In this document: positions 27,869 through 36,988 of the stretch, piece by piece
Layout: each line of letters starts with the position of its first letter
How positions within the stretch are numbered: the first letter of the stretch is position 1
NCBI GenBank assembly: GCA_049423065.1
Contig: JBMSQB010000006.1
Span: 4,435 to 68,434 of the forward strand
DNA: 64,000 nucleotides
From: Burkholderiaceae bacterium
Lineage (GTDB): Bacteria > Pseudomonadota > Gammaproteobacteria > Burkholderiales > Burkholderiaceae_E
Direction: 5' to 3'
The notes under the pieces: model-generated
Told to the model about the DNA's origin: nothing
Database searches by the model: none
The model's input: the letters and a program-made list of their open reading frames with translations, nothing else
Position numbers and translations under genes: made by a program

Positions 27869-28716
27869 GCGGCGGGCGTCGAGGCATCTGGCTGATCGCA
27901 CCGGCGCTGGTGCTGATTAGCGTATTTCTGGTGCTTCCGTATCTCAATATCGTGTTGATGAGTCTGAGGCCGCCCGCGGTGGGCGCTCCGTATGGCCCGG
28001 GTTTCACGACAGCAAATTTCACGCGAATCTTTGGCGATGCCTATTTTCTGGGGGTGCTGGCCGATACCGCATGGCTGGGTCTCAAGACCACCCTGATCTG
28101 CGCGCTGCTGGGCTACCCGGTTGCGTTTCACCTTGCGCGCACCTCGTCGCGCTGGAAGGGGCTGCTTTACATCTTTGTACTGTCACCGCTCCTGGTGGGG
28201 GTCGTGGTCAGAAGCTTTGGCTGGTTGATCCTGCTATCCGGCAACGGGGTTATCAACCAGTGGCTGCGTGGGCTAGGGCTGATCGACATGCCGCTCACGC
28301 TCATGAACAACAGCTTTGGCGTGACGCTTGCGCTGGTGCATGTGTTTCTGCCCTTCATGATTTTGCCGCTGATTGGCGCCATCCAGTCGATTGATCCGAA
28401 TCTGGCGCTCGCGGCTCGATCGCTCGGCGCCTCGCCGGTTCAGGTGTTCCGGCGGGTGTGGCTCCCGCTCAGCTGGCCTGGCATTCAGGCGGGCTGCATT
28501 CTTGTGTTTGTGCTCTCGCTCAGCGCGTATGTCACCCCGGTGATGCTGGGTGGTGCGCAGGTGAAGACCATGTCGGTGCTGGTGGTGCAAGCGCTGATCG
28601 ACAACTTCCGGTGGCCGGCGGGCGCGGCGCTTGCGCTGGTGCTGGCCGCGACTGGCGGTCTGGCGGTGTGGCTCTTTGTGCGCCTGAGTCGCCCGATGAT
28701 GCGAGGGCTCGAATGA
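27865..28716 (+). CDS. ABC transporter permease (PotB-like)
   Basis: Six-TM permease. Its start overlaps the ATPase stop by 4 nt. EAA-like loop (ARSLGASPVQVFRRVWLP). Confidence 0.85.
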   Translation: MSGGRRGIWLIAPALVLISVFLVLPYLNIVLMSLRPPAVGAPYGPGFTTANFTRIFGDAYFLGVLADTAWLGLKTTLICALLGYPVAFHLARTSSRWKGLLYIFVLSPLLVGVVVRSFGWLILLSGNGVINQWLRGLGLIDMPLTLMNNSFGVTLALVHVFLPFMILPLIGAIQSIDPNLALAARSLGASPVQVFRRVWLPLSWPGIQAGCILVFVLSLSAYVTPVMLGGAQVKTMSVLVVQALIDNFRWPAGAALALVLAATGGLAVWLFVRLSRPMMRGLE

Positions 28717-29501
28717 TGCTGCGCACGCTCGCCCTGGGTGTCATCGGCCTGGTGTATGTCTTTCTGCTCACGCCCATTGTTCTGATCGTGTTGATGTCCC
28801 TGAATGCTGGCGAATTCCTCGCGTTTCCGCCGCAGGGGCTGTCCTTTCGCTGGTATGGCGCGCTGTTTTCCAACGAAGGATTCATCAGGGCGATGCGCAC
28901 CTCGCTGATTGTGGCGTCGGTTGCAACCGTGGTCTCAACCCTGATCGGCACAGCGGCCGCGCTGTATTTTGTTCGATATGCGGGCCCCTGGCGTGACCGG
29001 CTCCGGTTGCTGCTCATGATGCCGCTGATGCTTCCGGAAATTCTCACAGCCATTGCACTGCTGTTTTTTCTTTATGCCACGGGTGTGGGCACCCGCACCA
29101 TGGCAGGGTTGCTCATTGGCCACACCCTGATCACGCTGCCCTATGTCTTCATCAACGTCAGTGCCTCGCTCTACAACTTCGACCGCTCTATCGAGCAGGC
29201 GGCGCGCAGTCTTGGCGCAAACCCGTGGGTTTGTTTTCGACGCATCACGCTGCCCCTCATCAAGCCCGGGCTGATCACCGGGGCGTTGTTCGCGTTCATC
29301 ATTTCGTTTGATCTGTTCAATCTGTCGCTGCTGCTGAAGGGCGTGGGGATGACGACGCTTCCCCTTCAGTTGTTTGATTACCTGCGCTGGGACTTCGATC
29401 CCACCGCTGCTGCCGTGTCGAGCGTGAGCATCGTGATGACGCTGCTGGTGGTGCTGATCATTGATCGCACAGTGGGGCTGCGCTCGTTGCGGTTCGGATG
29501 A
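28713..29501 (+). CDS. ABC transporter permease (PotC-like)
   Basis: Start set at the ATG at 28713 (MMLRTLALGV...), an ATGA overlap with the previous permease. EAA-like loop (ARSLGANPWVCFRRITLP). Confidence 0.85.
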   Translation: MMLRTLALGVIGLVYVFLLTPIVLIVLMSLNAGEFLAFPPQGLSFRWYGALFSNEGFIRAMRTSLIVASVATVVSTLIGTAAALYFVRYAGPWRDRLRLLLMMPLMLPEILTAIALLFFLYATGVGTRTMAGLLIGHTLITLPYVFINVSASLYNFDRSIEQAARSLGANPWVCFRRITLPLIKPGLITGALFAFIISFDLFNLSLLLKGVGMTTLPLQLFDYLRWDFDPTAAAVSSVSIVMTLLVVLIIDRTVGLRSLRFG

Positions 29502-29558
29502 GCGCCGCCCAGCCTGCACGATGCCTTGCCGTTTGACGCCAATCTGGAGAAGCTGCCC

Positions 29559-30191
29559 ATGTCGCATGCCGTTCACCATCTGAAGCATCCCCTGATCCAG
29601 CACAAGCTCACGCTGATGCGCCGCAAGGACACCAGCACCAACAGCTTCCGGCGGTTGCTGCACGAAATCGGGATGCTGATGGCGTATGAGGTGTTGCGGG
29701 AGATGCCGGTTCAGGAAATCAGCATCGAAACCCCGCTCGAGACCATGCTGGCGCCGGTGATTGATGGCAAGAAAATCGTGCTGCTCGCCATCATGCGGGC
29801 GGGGCAGGGGTTTCTGGACGGAATGCTTGACGTCGTGCCGAGCGCACGCGTCGGTCACGTGGGACTGTTCCGCGATCCCGCCACGCTCAATGCCGTCGAG
29901 TATTACTTCAAGGTGCCGCAGGACATGGAAGAGCGCGATGTCATCGTGCTCGACCCGATGCTTGCAACCGGTAATTCGGCGGTGGCGGCGGTTGATCGGG
30001 TGCGGGCGACCGGACCGCGCTCGATCCGGTTTGTGTGCCTGCTTGCCGCACCTGAAGGACTGGCCAATTTCCACCGGCATCACCCCGATATCCCGGTTTA
30101 CACGGCGGCGATCGACCGGGAGTTGAACGAGCATGGCTACATCGTGCCTGGGCTTGGCGATGCAGGTGACCGGATCTTCGGGACCAAATAA
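29559..30191 (+). CDS. upp: Uracil phosphoribosyltransferase
   Basis: [23 protein letters not shown] and [17 protein letters not shown] are canonical. The ATG at 29559 is preceded by GGAGA. Confidence 0.95.
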   Translation: MSHAVHHLKHPLIQHKLTLMRRKDTSTNSFRRLLHEIGMLMAYEVLREMPVQEISIETPLETMLAPVIDGKKIVLLAIMRAGQGFLDGMLDVVPSARVGHVGLFRDPATLNAVEYYFKVPQDMEERDVIVLDPMLATGNSAVAAVDRVRATGPRSIRFVCLLAAPEGLANFHRHHPDIPVYTAAIDRELNEHGYIVPGLGDAGDRIFGTK

Positions 30192-30323
30192 GGGTCTACC
30201 GGCGCCGGACAGGTAACGCTTTCATCGTTGCCGGGGTCGACTTACAATGATTCGCCGCGATCTGCCGGGCCTAGGCCCGGCCAGTCCGCGAGCAGATCGA
30301 TCCTAATAACATCGGAGACCTTC

Positions 30324-31295
30324 ATGAAACGACGCCTGCTCGGCGCGCTGGCGGGTGCAGCGCTTGCCGCCTCCACGCTGCTATCTGCGCCTGCGATCGC
30401 CGCCTATCCTGATCGCCCCATCACCATGATCGTTCCCTGGGGAGCGGGAGGAGGCACCGATGCGGTCGCACGCTTCGTTGCCGCCGAGCTCGAGAAGGCG
30501 CTGAAGCAACCCGTCAATGTGGTCAACCGCACGGGCGGAAGCGGCGTGGTGGGCCATCAGGCCATCGCGTCGGCGCCTGCCGACGGCTATACGGTTGGCC
30601 TCATTACGGTCGAGATCGGCATGATGCGGCACGCTGGCCTGACCAAGCTGAGCCATAACGAATTTACCGCCATTGCCCTGGTCAATTTCGATCCCAACGC
30701 GGTGATGGTGCGGGCCGATTCGCCCATCAAGGACGCGAAGGCCCTGCTCGACGCTGCGCGTGCCAACCCTGGCAAGCTGAAGGCGAGCGGAACCGGGCAG
30801 GGTGGCATCTGGCATCTGGGGCTCGCGGGCTGGCTGGTCGATGCAAAGCTTGCCGGCAATGCCGTGGCCTGGGTGCCCAGCCAGGGGGCGGCACCAGGTC
30901 TGCAGGATCTCGCGGCAGGCGGCGTGGATCTGGTGTCGGCGTCGCTTCCCGAAGGCCGCTCGCTGATCGAAGCCGGGAAGGTCCGGGCCATTGTGCTGAT
31001 GGCCGACAAGCCCGACGGCCTCTTCCCCCAGGTCCCACTCCTGAAATCGGTAGGGAGCAACTGGACCAATGGCGCATGGCGCGGGGTTGCAGGGCCCAAG
31101 GGCATGCCCAAGGACGTCGTCGACCGCCTGGCCTCCGCCGTCAAGCAGATCTACGATTCCAAGGCCTACAAGGACTTCCTTGCCGCCCGTGGGTTTGGCG
31201 AAATGTGGGCCGGCCCTGCCGATTTTGCAGCCTTCATGGCACGAGACGACGCGGCCAAGGGTGAAGTCATGAAAGCGGTCGGCCTCGCGAAGTAG
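30324..31295 (+). CDS. tctC: Tripartite tricarboxylate transporter substrate-binding protein
   Basis: Signal peptide plus YPDRPITMIVPWGAGGGTD (Bug/TctC motif). Followed directly by tctB-like and tctA-like genes. Start at the ATG at 30324. Confidence 0.85.
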   Translation: MKRRLLGALAGAALAASTLLSAPAIAAYPDRPITMIVPWGAGGGTDAVARFVAAELEKALKQPVNVVNRTGGSGVVGHQAIASAPADGYTVGLITVEIGMMRHAGLTKLSHNEFTAIALVNFDPNAVMVRADSPIKDAKALLDAARANPGKLKASGTGQGGIWHLGLAGWLVDAKLAGNAVAWVPSQGAAPGLQDLAAGGVDLVSASLPEGRSLIEAGKVRAIVLMADKPDGLFPQVPLLKSVGSNWTNGAWRGVAGPKGMPKDVVDRLASAVKQIYDSKAYKDFLAARGFGEMWAGPADFAAFMARDDAAKGEVMKAVGLAK

Positions 31296-31301
31296 GTTGG
31301 T

Positions 31302-31811
31302 ATGGCGCGACTTGGCGACGCGCCGATCGGTGCGGCGTTCCTGGCGCTTGCGGGCGCGGTGCTCTGGCATATCCGCGACTTCCCGCCTGCGCCAGGCCAG
31401 CCTTATGGCCCGGCGCTCTTTCCGGGGCTGATTGCTGCGGGTCTGGCCGTGGCGTCGGTGCTGCTGATCGCATCGGCATTTCGATCCGGCAGGCGGGCGG
31501 CCGCGTTCAGCGGGAACGCTGGGGAGGGAGGCGACCCCGCCTCTGCAGGTCTCGCGGGCCCGGCCGCGCGCCGCTGGTTGCCCTTTGCCGCAACCGTGGC
31601 CACCCTGATCGGTTATGTGGCCTGGGTGGACAGGCTGGGTTTCATCATCACGGCCTTCCTGATGCTGTGCGTGCTGTTTGCGGCCTATCGGGTCCGGCTT
31701 GCCTGGATCGCGCCGGTTGCAGCGGTCTCGACCCTGGTGGTTCACACCGCGTTTTACAAGCTCCTCAAGGTGCCGCTGCCCTGGGGCTTGCTGTCCGGGT
31801 GGGTATGGTGA
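31302..31811 (+). CDS. tctB: Tripartite tricarboxylate transporter small membrane protein
   Basis: Four-TM protein of about 170 aa lying between the tctC-like and tctA-like genes. Confidence 0.75.
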   Translation: MARLGDAPIGAAFLALAGAVLWHIRDFPPAPGQPYGPALFPGLIAAGLAVASVLLIASAFRSGRRAAAFSGNAGEGGDPASAGLAGPAARRWLPFAATVATLIGYVAWVDRLGFIITAFLMLCVLFAAYRVRLAWIAPVAAVSTLVVHTAFYKLLKVPLPWGLLSGWVW

Positions 31812-31865
31812 CCCGATCCCGATCACCGGAGCGCTGACATCGACGCCCTCTGGACCGCCTTTCAG

Positions 31866-33329
31866 ATGGTGTTCAACCTTCAGACCCTGGTCGTGATGGT
31901 GCTCGCCTCGCTGTTTGGCCTCTTTGTGGGAGCAGTGCCGGGATTGACCGCCACAATGGCCACCGCACTCCTGGTGCCCATCACGTTCTTTCTGCCGCCG
32001 ATTCCGGCGGTTGCGGCCATGGTGACAGCGACCGCCATGGCCATTTTCGCGGGCGACATTCCCGGGTGTCTGGTGCGAATTCCTGGTACGCCGGCATCGG
32101 CAGCGTATGTCGATGAAACCTATCGCATGACGACCAAGGGGTACGCCGAGACAGCGCTGGGTGTGTCGCTGGTGTTTTCGGTAATAGGCGGGCTGTTCGG
32201 CACCGCGGTACTCATTCTGGCGGCGCCAGCCCTTGCCGCCGCGGCGCTGCAATTCAGCTCGTTCGAGTATTTCTGGCTGGTGCTCCTGGGTCTCACCTGC
32301 GCCGTATTTGTGAGTGGCGATGCGCCGCTGAAGGGCATGATCACCCTGTTCCTCGGCCTGCTGCTCGGTTGTGTCGGGCTTGAGAATCCGGCTGCCCACC
32401 CCCGGTTCACGTTTGATTCGCCTGATCTGCTGAGCGGCGTGAGCCTGATTCCGGCAATGATCGGCCTCTTTGCCGTGAGCGAGGTGCTTCGCTTCAGCCT
32501 GGACGCGAATCCGCTCGCCGCGGTCAGTCGCCAGGTGGGTTCGGTGTTTCGTGGCATGGGCGCCATGATTCGCCGGTATCCGGTGCAGACGCTTCGGGGC
32601 AGTTCACTCGGCACGGTGATTGGCGCCCTGCCTGGCGCGGGGGCCGATATTGCGGCCTGGATGTCGTATGCAATGAGCAGGCGTTTTTCGAAAGAGCCGG
32701 AAAAATTCGGGACCGGGCATCCCGAAGGGCTGGTGGAAGCGGGAGCAGCCAACAACAGCGCACTCGCGGGCGCCTGGATTCCAGCGCTGGTATTCGGCAT
32801 ACCCGGCGACTCGATCACGGCGATTGTGATTGGTGTGCTTTACATGAAGAACCTGAACCCCGGGCCGACGATCTTCATCAACAACCCGTCGAGTATCTAC
32901 GCGGTGTTTCTGCTGTTCATCATTGCGAACCTGTTGATGCTGCCGCTCGGCTGGCTGTGCATCAAGGTGGCTTCGAGGCTGCTTCGCACGCCACGAAACC
33001 TGCTGATGCCGGTGATTCTGCTGTTCTGCGTGGTGGGCGCTTTCGCGATCAACAACTCGCCCTTTGATCTCTGGATTCTGGTGGCGGCCGGGTTGATCGG
33101 CTGGTTTCTGGAAACCCACGGCTTCCCGATCGCACCAGCGATTCTGGGCATGCTGCTTGGCACCATGCTGGAAGAGCACTTCATCCGCTCGATGATCAAG
33201 GCCGATGGCAACCTGCTTGCCTTCGTGGAGCGCCCGATCGCGGCGGGCCTTGCCGTGCTGGTGCTCCTGGTGTGGAGCGTGTCGGGCTGGCTGGGATGGC
33301 GGCGCGGCCGGGCCGCGCCGCGTGGTTAG
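31866..33329 (+). CDS. tctA: Tripartite tricarboxylate transporter large permease (start possibly upstream at ATC 31839)
   Basis: Multi-TM protein with GAVPGLTATMA, PGTPASAAY and GIPGDSITA motifs typical of TctA. See the finding on the start codon. Confidence 0.9.
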   Translation: MVFNLQTLVVMVLASLFGLFVGAVPGLTATMATALLVPITFFLPPIPAVAAMVTATAMAIFAGDIPGCLVRIPGTPASAAYVDETYRMTTKGYAETALGVSLVFSVIGGLFGTAVLILAAPALAAAALQFSSFEYFWLVLLGLTCAVFVSGDAPLKGMITLFLGLLLGCVGLENPAAHPRFTFDSPDLLSGVSLIPAMIGLFAVSEVLRFSLDANPLAAVSRQVGSVFRGMGAMIRRYPVQTLRGSSLGTVIGALPGAGADIAAWMSYAMSRRFSKEPEKFGTGHPEGLVEAGAANNSALAGAWIPALVFGIPGDSITAIVIGVLYMKNLNPGPTIFINNPSSIYAVFLLFIIANLLMLPLGWLCIKVASRLLRTPRNLLMPVILLFCVVGAFAINNSPFDLWILVAAGLIGWFLETHGFPIAPAILGMLLGTMLEEHFIRSMIKADGNLLAFVERPIAAGLAVLVLLVWSVSGWLGWRRGRAAPRG

Positions 33330-34612
33330 CGGTAAAACGCTTCGACCAGACCCATACCGGTGATCGGCACGTAGGTGACCAGCATCAGCACCACCAGCAA
33401 AACGCCGATGAACCAGACATTGACCCGTGTGACATCCCACACCGAGGCGCGGGCGATTGAGCTTGCCACCATCAGCACGCTGGCAACCGGCGGTGTCTGC
33501 TGACCGATACCCAGGTTGATCGTGACGATCAGCCCGAAATGGACGGGGTCTATGCCTGCGGCGCGCACCAGTGGCATGACTATGGGCACCACCAGAATGA
33601 TGGCGGCAGCAGAATGCAGAAACATGCCCAGGAACAGAAACAGTACATTGAGGAGCGCAAGCACCAGCCACTTGTTGCTCGTGAAGTCGGACACCGCGCG
33701 GGCGAGCGCCTGGGGCGACTGCATTTCGGTGAGATAGGCGCCCAGGAGCGCGCTGGTGGCAACCAGCAACATCACGACGGCGGTCTGGATGCCGCCCTCG
33801 ACAATGGCGGCGCGCAATGTCTTGAGGTTGAGCTCGCGATAGATCAGCAGGCCCACGAACAGCGCAGCAACGACTGCGAGCGCTGCGCCTTCGGTGGCAG
33901 TGACGATACCGCCGAAGATGCCCCCCAGAATGATGATGGGAAGGAGAAACGCCCAGAACGCGCGGCGTCCGGTTTGTGCTACGCGAGCGAGCGAGAAGCG
34001 TTCGTCGCTGGGCAGGTTGTATCGGTGCGCGAGCCAGCTTGCCATCAGCATGAGCCCGAAGGCGCCAATGAGGCCGGGCACGATCCCGGCGACAAACAGC
34101 TGAACGACAGAGGCTTCGGCCATGACCGCGTAAAGGATCATGGGAATGGACGGCGGAATGATCACTGCGAGCGTTGCGGCCGACGACATCGCGGCTGCCG
34201 CATAGGGGGCCGGGTAGCCTTTTTCCTTCATGCCCGGGATGAGGATCGAGCCCAGCGCGGCCACGTCGGCGACCGCCGAGCCCGAGATCTCGGCGAAGAA
34301 CAACGAGGCGCCGATCGACACATGCGCAAGGCCCCCCCGAACCCAGCCAAACAGCGCACCGGCAAACGCGATCAGGCGCTGTGAAATACCTGAGGCGTTC
34401 ATGATGGCGCCCGCCAGAATGAACAACGGAATGGCGAGGAGCGGGAAGTTGGTGGCGCCGTTGTAGATGACCAGGGCGACATTGGGCAGGGAATCGGTTC
34501 CCTGGGTGACCAGCATGGCGGTGACCGAGACGATGCCCAGCGACACAGCGATCGGAACGTTGATCAGAACCAGGAGCAGGACCGCCGCAAACAAAAGGAA
34601 CATGGTGCCCAT
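33326..34612 (-). CDS. dctM: TRAP transporter large permease
   Basis: 428-aa polytopic protein with the typical DctM N-terminus (LLLVLINVPIAVSLG) and organisation. Confidence 0.9.
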   Translation of the reverse strand: MGTMFLLFAAVLLLVLINVPIAVSLGIVSVTAMLVTQGTDSLPNVALVIYNGATNFPLLAIPLFILAGAIMNASGISQRLIAFAGALFGWVRGGLAHVSIGASLFFAEISGSAVADVAALGSILIPGMKEKGYPAPYAAAAMSSAATLAVIIPPSIPMILYAVMAEASVVQLFVAGIVPGLIGAFGLMLMASWLAHRYNLPSDERFSLARVAQTGRRAFWAFLLPIIILGGIFGGIVTATEGAALAVVAALFVGLLIYRELNLKTLRAAIVEGGIQTAVVMLLVATSALLGAYLTEMQSPQALARAVSDFTSNKWLVLALLNVLFLFLGMFLHSAAAIILVVPIVMPLVRAAGIDPVHFGLIVTINLGIGQQTPPVASVLMVASSIARASVWDVTRVNVWFIGVLLVVLMLVTYVPITGMGLVEAFYR

Positions 34613-34625
34613 GAAGTGCTCCCGG

Positions 34626-35162
34626 CTAGTGGAGCCCGTCGGCGAGCGACGAAGCTGTTCGATCGGCGGGTTGGGCGCGAATCAGGTCGATGAGGTTCAG
34701 GAACTCGGCCACCAGAATGAGCGCGGCCGATACTGGAATCACCGACTGCACCATGGCTGCCGAGAGCCACGGCACACTCACCAGCATTTCGTCCGCGAGC
34801 ACCGGCAGAATGTCTGCACCCACCCATCCGACCAGCGCGAAAAACGCGATCACCATGATCTGGGATACCAGGGCGAGGGCTCGGCGTGGCCCGGCGGACA
34901 ACTGGTCGACCAACTCCGGGCAGCCGATGTGCGCGCGTCGGGCCGAGGCGAGCGCCGACCCATAGAAGGTGAGCCAGGCGAGGAGCACCGATGCCATTTC
35001 GTCATACCAGACGAGCGGGCGCCCAATGGCACGCATGAACACCCCCAGCACGACTTCGCCAGCGAGGACCACCATCAGAAGGATGACCAGGCGCTCGAGG
35101 CCAAGCGCATAGCGTTCGCGGAATCGGACCAGGGGGTGCGAGGGTGCGGCGGTGGGGTGCAT
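34626..35162 (-). CDS. dctQ: TRAP transporter small permease
   Basis: Four-TM protein of about 178 aa containing WYDEMASVLLAWLTFYG, lying between the dctP-like and dctM-like genes. Confidence 0.8.
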   Translation of the reverse strand: MHPTAAPSHPLVRFRERYALGLERLVILLMVVLAGEVVLGVFMRAIGRPLVWYDEMASVLLAWLTFYGSALASARRAHIGCPELVDQLSAGPRRALALVSQIMVIAFFALVGWVGADILPVLADEMLVSVPWLSAAMVQSVIPVSAALILVAEFLNLIDLIRAQPADRTASSLADGLH

Positions 35163-35164
35163 GG

Positions 35165-36163
35165 TCAGGGGCGTCCCAAGGCAACGGCCTTGTCGATCAG
35201 CGCTTTGGCGCCTGCCACTTCCTTGCCGAACTCCTCATAGGTGCTCCGACTGGCGGCGATGAAGGCGTCCTTGTTGACCTCATTCACCTGAATGCCGCTC
35301 GCGCGGATTTTGTCCAGCAGCTCTTTCTCGGCGCGCGCGGCAGTTTCGTAGACGAAAGCCTGTGTTTCGCGGGCTGCGGTTTCGATCGCCGTGCGGATGG
35401 GCTCGGGCTGAGCGGAAAACCGCTTGAGGCCTGCAGTGAGAAAGGCGGGGCTGTAGACATGGCCCGACAGCGACAGAAATTTCTGCACCTCGTGGAGCTT
35501 GGAGGAGTGAATCTGCGTGAACGGATTTTCCTGACCGTCCATCACGCCGGTCTGCAACGCAGTGAACAACTCCGAAAATTTCATCGGGCTTGGACTTGCG
35601 CCATAGTTCTGGAACATCTTGATGCGCCATTTGCCCTCGGGCACCCGCAGCTTGATGCCCTTCAGGTCGTCCGGCACGGTGATGGGACGTCGGTTGTTGG
35701 TGAGGTGGCGATAGCCGTTTTCCCAGACGGAAAGCACCTTGAGGCCCTTCTTCTCGACGGCGGGTGCAATATCCGGCCAGAAAATTTCCTTCTCGATACG
35801 TGCCATGTGCGCACGATCTTTCACGATGTAGGGCATCTCGAACATGCCGATCAGATCCACCTCGGACGACATGATCGTTGAGGGAAGCGAGAGATCGAGC
35901 GTGCCCAGACGCAGTTTTTGCAGCATCTCCTTGTCGCCGCCCAACTGGCTGCTGCCGTAGACCACAACCTTGGCCTTGCCGGCGAGCAGCACGTTGGCGC
36001 GCCGCGCGAATTCATCGCCAATGACCTGATAGAGCGACCCCGGTTCGCCCACATGGCCGAACTTGATCTCGGTTTGGGCGATGGCCGGTGCCACACCGAT
36101 CATCGTGATTCCCGCGATGGCCACATTGAGCAGACGCGAGTGAAACGAACGACGAGGGGTCAT
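35165..36163 (-). CDS. dctP: TRAP transporter substrate-binding protein
   Basis: Signal peptide then EIKFGHVGEPGS... DctP-type sequence. The ATG at 36163 is preceded by AGGAG. Confidence 0.9.
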   Translation of the reverse strand: MTPRRSFHSRLLNVAIAGITMIGVAPAIAQTEIKFGHVGEPGSLYQVIGDEFARRANVLLAGKAKVVVYGSSQLGGDKEMLQKLRLGTLDLSLPSTIMSSEVDLIGMFEMPYIVKDRAHMARIEKEIFWPDIAPAVEKKGLKVLSVWENGYRHLTNNRRPITVPDDLKGIKLRVPEGKWRIKMFQNYGASPSPMKFSELFTALQTGVMDGQENPFTQIHSSKLHEVQKFLSLSGHVYSPAFLTAGLKRFSAQPEPIRTAIETAARETQAFVYETAARAEKELLDKIRASGIQVNEVNKDAFIAASRSTYEEFGKEVAGAKALIDKAVALGRP

Positions 36164-36212
36164 GACGAGTCTCCTTTGAAGGTTGTGCGGGCAGGGGTTC
36201 CGTGCACCGGGC

Positions 36213-36983
36213 TTACGCCACCCGGGCATCGCGGACCACCATCAGTTTTTCAAGCAACAGAACCAGACCATACAGCAACATTCCAATGATCGTGATCAGA
36301 ATGACCGCCATGAACATGGCAGGCGTGTCCAGAGTGACCTGTACCTGCAGCATGAGGTAACCGAGGCCTTTGTCGGAGCCCAGGAACTCGCCGACAATGG
36401 CGCCGGCGACCGCGAGAATCGATCCCACCTTCATGCCAGAAAAAATGTAGGGCAGAGCGCCCGGCAGCTGAATCTTCACAAACACCTGCCAGCGCGACCC
36501 CCGGAGCGACTTCACCAGATCAAGGAGCTCGGGTTCGATTTCGCGCAGCCCACGTGCGGTGGTGAGCAGGATGGGGAAAACCGCAATCGAAAAAGCCATC
36601 AGTGTGTTGGGAAAAACGCCGTATTTGAACCAGACGATGATGAGCGGCCCGAGCGCCACCTTCGGGATCATGTTGAGGGTAACAAGGAGCGGCAGAAACA
36701 GCGCTTCCAGCGTACGTGACCAGGTGAACACCAGCGCGAGCAGCACGCCTGCGACCAGCGCGATCAGATAGCCGCCAAAGATCTCGGTGCCCGTCACGGC
36801 AATATTGGTCCACCAGCTGTAGTTGGGATTCATGAGTGCATCGAGCGTGGCCTGGGGTGAGGGCATCACGAACTTTGGAACCTGCCCGATTTCGACGAAC
36901 AGGTACCACGCCAACACCAGTCCGAGATGGGCGAGTATGGCGAAGGTCCAGCGGGTGGCGGGCGAGTCGAGTGCGTTCATCAT
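36213..36983 (-). CDS. ABC transporter permease (NitT/TauT/SsuC-like family)
   Basis: Six-TM permease of 256 aa of the nitrate/sulfonate/taurine type. No cognate ATPase gene is adjacent. Confidence 0.8.
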   Translation of the reverse strand: MMNALDSPATRWTFAILAHLGLVLAWYLFVEIGQVPKFVMPSPQATLDALMNPNYSWWTNIAVTGTEIFGGYLIALVAGVLLALVFTWSRTLEALFLPLLVTLNMIPKVALGPLIIVWFKYGVFPNTLMAFSIAVFPILLTTARGLREIEPELLDLVKSLRGSRWQVFVKIQLPGALPYIFSGMKVGSILAVAGAIVGEFLGSDKGLGYLMLQVQVTLDTPAMFMAVILITIIGMLLYGLVLLLEKLMVVRDARVA

Positions 36984-36988
36984 CGTCC

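Noticed and set aside
30264-30281. Perfect 18-nt palindrome GCCGGGCCTAGGCCCGGC between upp and tctC
   Set aside because: It is most simply a terminator-like stem for upp or a GC-rich intergenic hairpin. It has no U-tract, no second copy in the window and no associated regulator. I note it but do not consider it a distinct finding.
30381-32399. 672-aa minus-strand ORF
   Set aside because: It is antisense across tctC-tctB-tctA. Its composition is Arg/His/Gly-rich and it has no domain signature. The plus-strand genes have family motifs and sensible junctions.
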